From Camelus ferus (taxonomy: Eukaryota), in assembly GCF_009834535.1 (NCBI RefSeq), contig NC_045696.1, positions 46,378,001 through 46,442,000 of the forward strand: a stretch of 64,000 nucleotides of DNA. The letters run 5' to 3'. Shown piece by piece: positions 61,901 through 64,000 of the stretch. The position numbers and the translations under genes were made by a program. The notes beneath the pieces were generated by a model. It ran no database searches. It worked only from the letters and a program-made list of their open reading frames with translations, and had not been told where the DNA came from. How positions within the stretch are numbered: the stretch's first letter is position 1; the number at the start of each line of letters is the position of its first letter.

Positions 61901-62813
61901 TCCATAGATGCTACTCAGTTTAGGCTATAGATGTTACAATTTAGTGATATAAAACATAGAAAAAATAAAGGTAAGATGATGATGGTTATTTATAAATCTC
62001 TGGGTGTGCTTTCATGTTACCTACTCTTACTGCTCCACAGTTGGAGATTTTTTTACTTGGACATAGTGCTTGTTACCATGCAAACTTTACTCTAGTTATT
62101 TTTGTCAACATTCTCAGTCATTGATGTAAAAGCAGGTTTTGATGTGGAGGATGACAGAGTGAAACCTCCTGGTACCTGTGGTGGAGTGAGGAATCTTTCG
62201 GGGAGGGGAGATTTGTGAAGAAAATTTGAGGGCAGCAAACCTCAGATTTAACTTCGCTCAGGACCAATTCTATAGTACTTCTTCTAATTTTAAATCTTTA
62301 TGCCACAGATAAGCAAACAGTTCTGTATGTTTGTTGAGACTCTTTGCTGAGTAATTGAGTATTCATGAGGCAGAAACTATGTTTTTTGGGGAAACTTTAC
62401 AATGAATTTTTGATGCCTTGAAGCTGCTTTGTAGTCTGAAAGTTATATCATACAGTATCTCTGGTCTTGTCAGATTTACATTAACTTTGTCAAATCCTTC
62501 TCTCTTCCTGTCCCAGTTCCCACCAACCTCTTTACCAAGAGTTAGGTGACCCAAGTTTAAGGTGGTGGTGAAGGTGAGGTGGGCAGAGAGTTGAACCTTC
62601 AATTTTGTTTTGCTTTAAGGGAAATAACATAGCTCAGAAAATAAATAGAAGAAAAGTATTATTTAAGTTCTAATATTGGAAATTCAAGAGATTTCCCTCC
62701 TAATAGCATCTGTCCTTTCACCCACCTCTGTTTATCTGATGTACTATTCTCAGTTCTGTGTGAAATTAGTACACATTCAAAATACTGAGTAAGCACATTA
62801 AAATGATTGCTTT

Positions 62814-64000
62814 GGAGGAGTGGCCAAGATGACGGAGTAGGAAGACGGTGAGCTTACCTCTGCCCGGGGGCACACTAAAATTACAAGTGTCTACAGAGCA
62901 ACTGTCGATGAGAAAGATCGGGAAGACTAACAGAAAAGATCTTCTACAACTAACGATATAAAGAAGGAACCACAATGAGACAGGTAGGAGGGGCTGAGAC
63001 ATGGTATAGTCAAGACCCATACCCCTGGGGGAGGAGGGGGGCGACCCGCAAATGGGAGGATAATTACAACTGCACAGGCACAGGTTCTCTCCAAGGAGCG
63101 AAGGGTCCGAGCCCTAAATCAGGCTCTCCAGGCTGGGACCTGCACTGGGAAGACGAGCCCCTAGAACAGTTGGCTTTGCAGGCCAGCGACTCTTACTTTC
63201 GGCAGACCCAGAAGGCTGTGAGAAACAGAGACTCCACTCTTAAAGGGCACACACAAAATCTCACATACTCTGAGACCCAGGGCAGAGGCAGGAATTTGAA
63301 AGGAGCCTGGGTTAGACCCACTTGCTGATCACGGAGAGCTTTCTGGAGAAGCAGGAGGCAATTGGGACTCGCCCTGGGGACGAAGACACTGGCAGCAGCC
63401 ATTTTGGGGAGCTTGTTTTACAGCGAGGACACTGGGGCTGGGAAGCACCATTTTAGAATCCTCCCTCTGACTTGTAAGTGCTGGGACCCCACCCCCCTCC
63501 CCCAATAAGCCTATTGGCTCCTGTGCTGGGATGCCTCAGGCCAAGGAACTAGCCAAGCAGGAGCGCAGCCCCGCCCACCAGTAGCACAGCAGCCTTAAGA
63601 TCCCCTGAGCTCACAGCTGCCCCAGGACTAAGCCCTGTTCACCACTGGGACTGCACTAGCCCCAGCACCCCCTGGGCCTCAGCCCTGTACCAGCAGGCCG
63701 ATACCAGCTTCAAGACCCCCGGGGCCCAGCAGCCAGAGACCCCAGGACCCAGCCCACTCATCAGTGGTCCAGCCCCAGCCCTGGATCCACCCTCCCCCAG
63801 CCCTTATCCCATGCACCAGCGGGCTGACATCAGCTTTGGGACACCCTGGACCCCACAGGCATCAATGTCAGGAACCAGCCTTGCCTACCTGGGGTTAAAT
63901 GACAAAAGGAGTAAAATCATCTATATAATAATTAGTTAAGGCATGCAAAAACAGAAACTGTAAAACATGAGGTCAAAAATAGTAAACATTGTGGGGGAGA
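62814..64000 (+). mobile_element. Older cetartiodactyl-type L1 5' end: 5'UTR joined directly to the inter-ORF spacer; runs off the window
   Basis: TT/AAAA site at 62798-62803, then ggaggagtggccaagatgacggagtaggaagac...gagcttacctc...aaaattacaa; GC-rich UTR with degenerate repeats to ~63890; then an A-rich spacer-like tract. Confidence 0.85.
63480..63890 (+). repeat. Degenerate GC-rich tandem units inside the L1 5'UTR
   Basis: Recurrent (c)cacca/gcagg...accagc(tt)...gacaccc/gaccccc...ccaggac(c) units. Confidence 0.6.

Overview
AT-rich, repeat-dense mammalian genomic DNA, very probably from a camelid (two tRNA-derived vic-1-type SINEs). It looks like a long intron or 5'-UTR region of a gene transcribed on the + strand: the sequence is T-rich and the large L1s, the MaLR provirus and both SINEs lie antisense. 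I could not name the host gene, and there is no recognisable intact protein-coding gene, RNA gene or CRISPR array. Ancient repeats dominate (MIR, L2, L3/CR1, L1M, MER5/MER20, LTR16, MaLR). Repeat family names come from recalled consensus similarity, not a database search, and the edges of old repeats are approximate. Main points of interest: (i) a young, TSD-flanked 3.0-kb L1 with a full 5'UTR, ORF1 and 3' end but almost no ORF2 (half-L1-like, possibly spliced); (ii) a second L1 5' end that lacks ORF1; (iii) two small candidate exons (711-757, 2379-2479) that splice in phase into a 36-aa ORF, the first starting at an AG|GTAAG recursive-type site; (iv) two candidate internal promoters/first exons (~20 kb, ~39.7 kb); (v) a perfect DR4 element, a near-perfect ERE and a divergent CTCF motif pair; (vi) a palindromic forkhead/E-box cluster; (vii) a well-bounded open antisense exon candidate.
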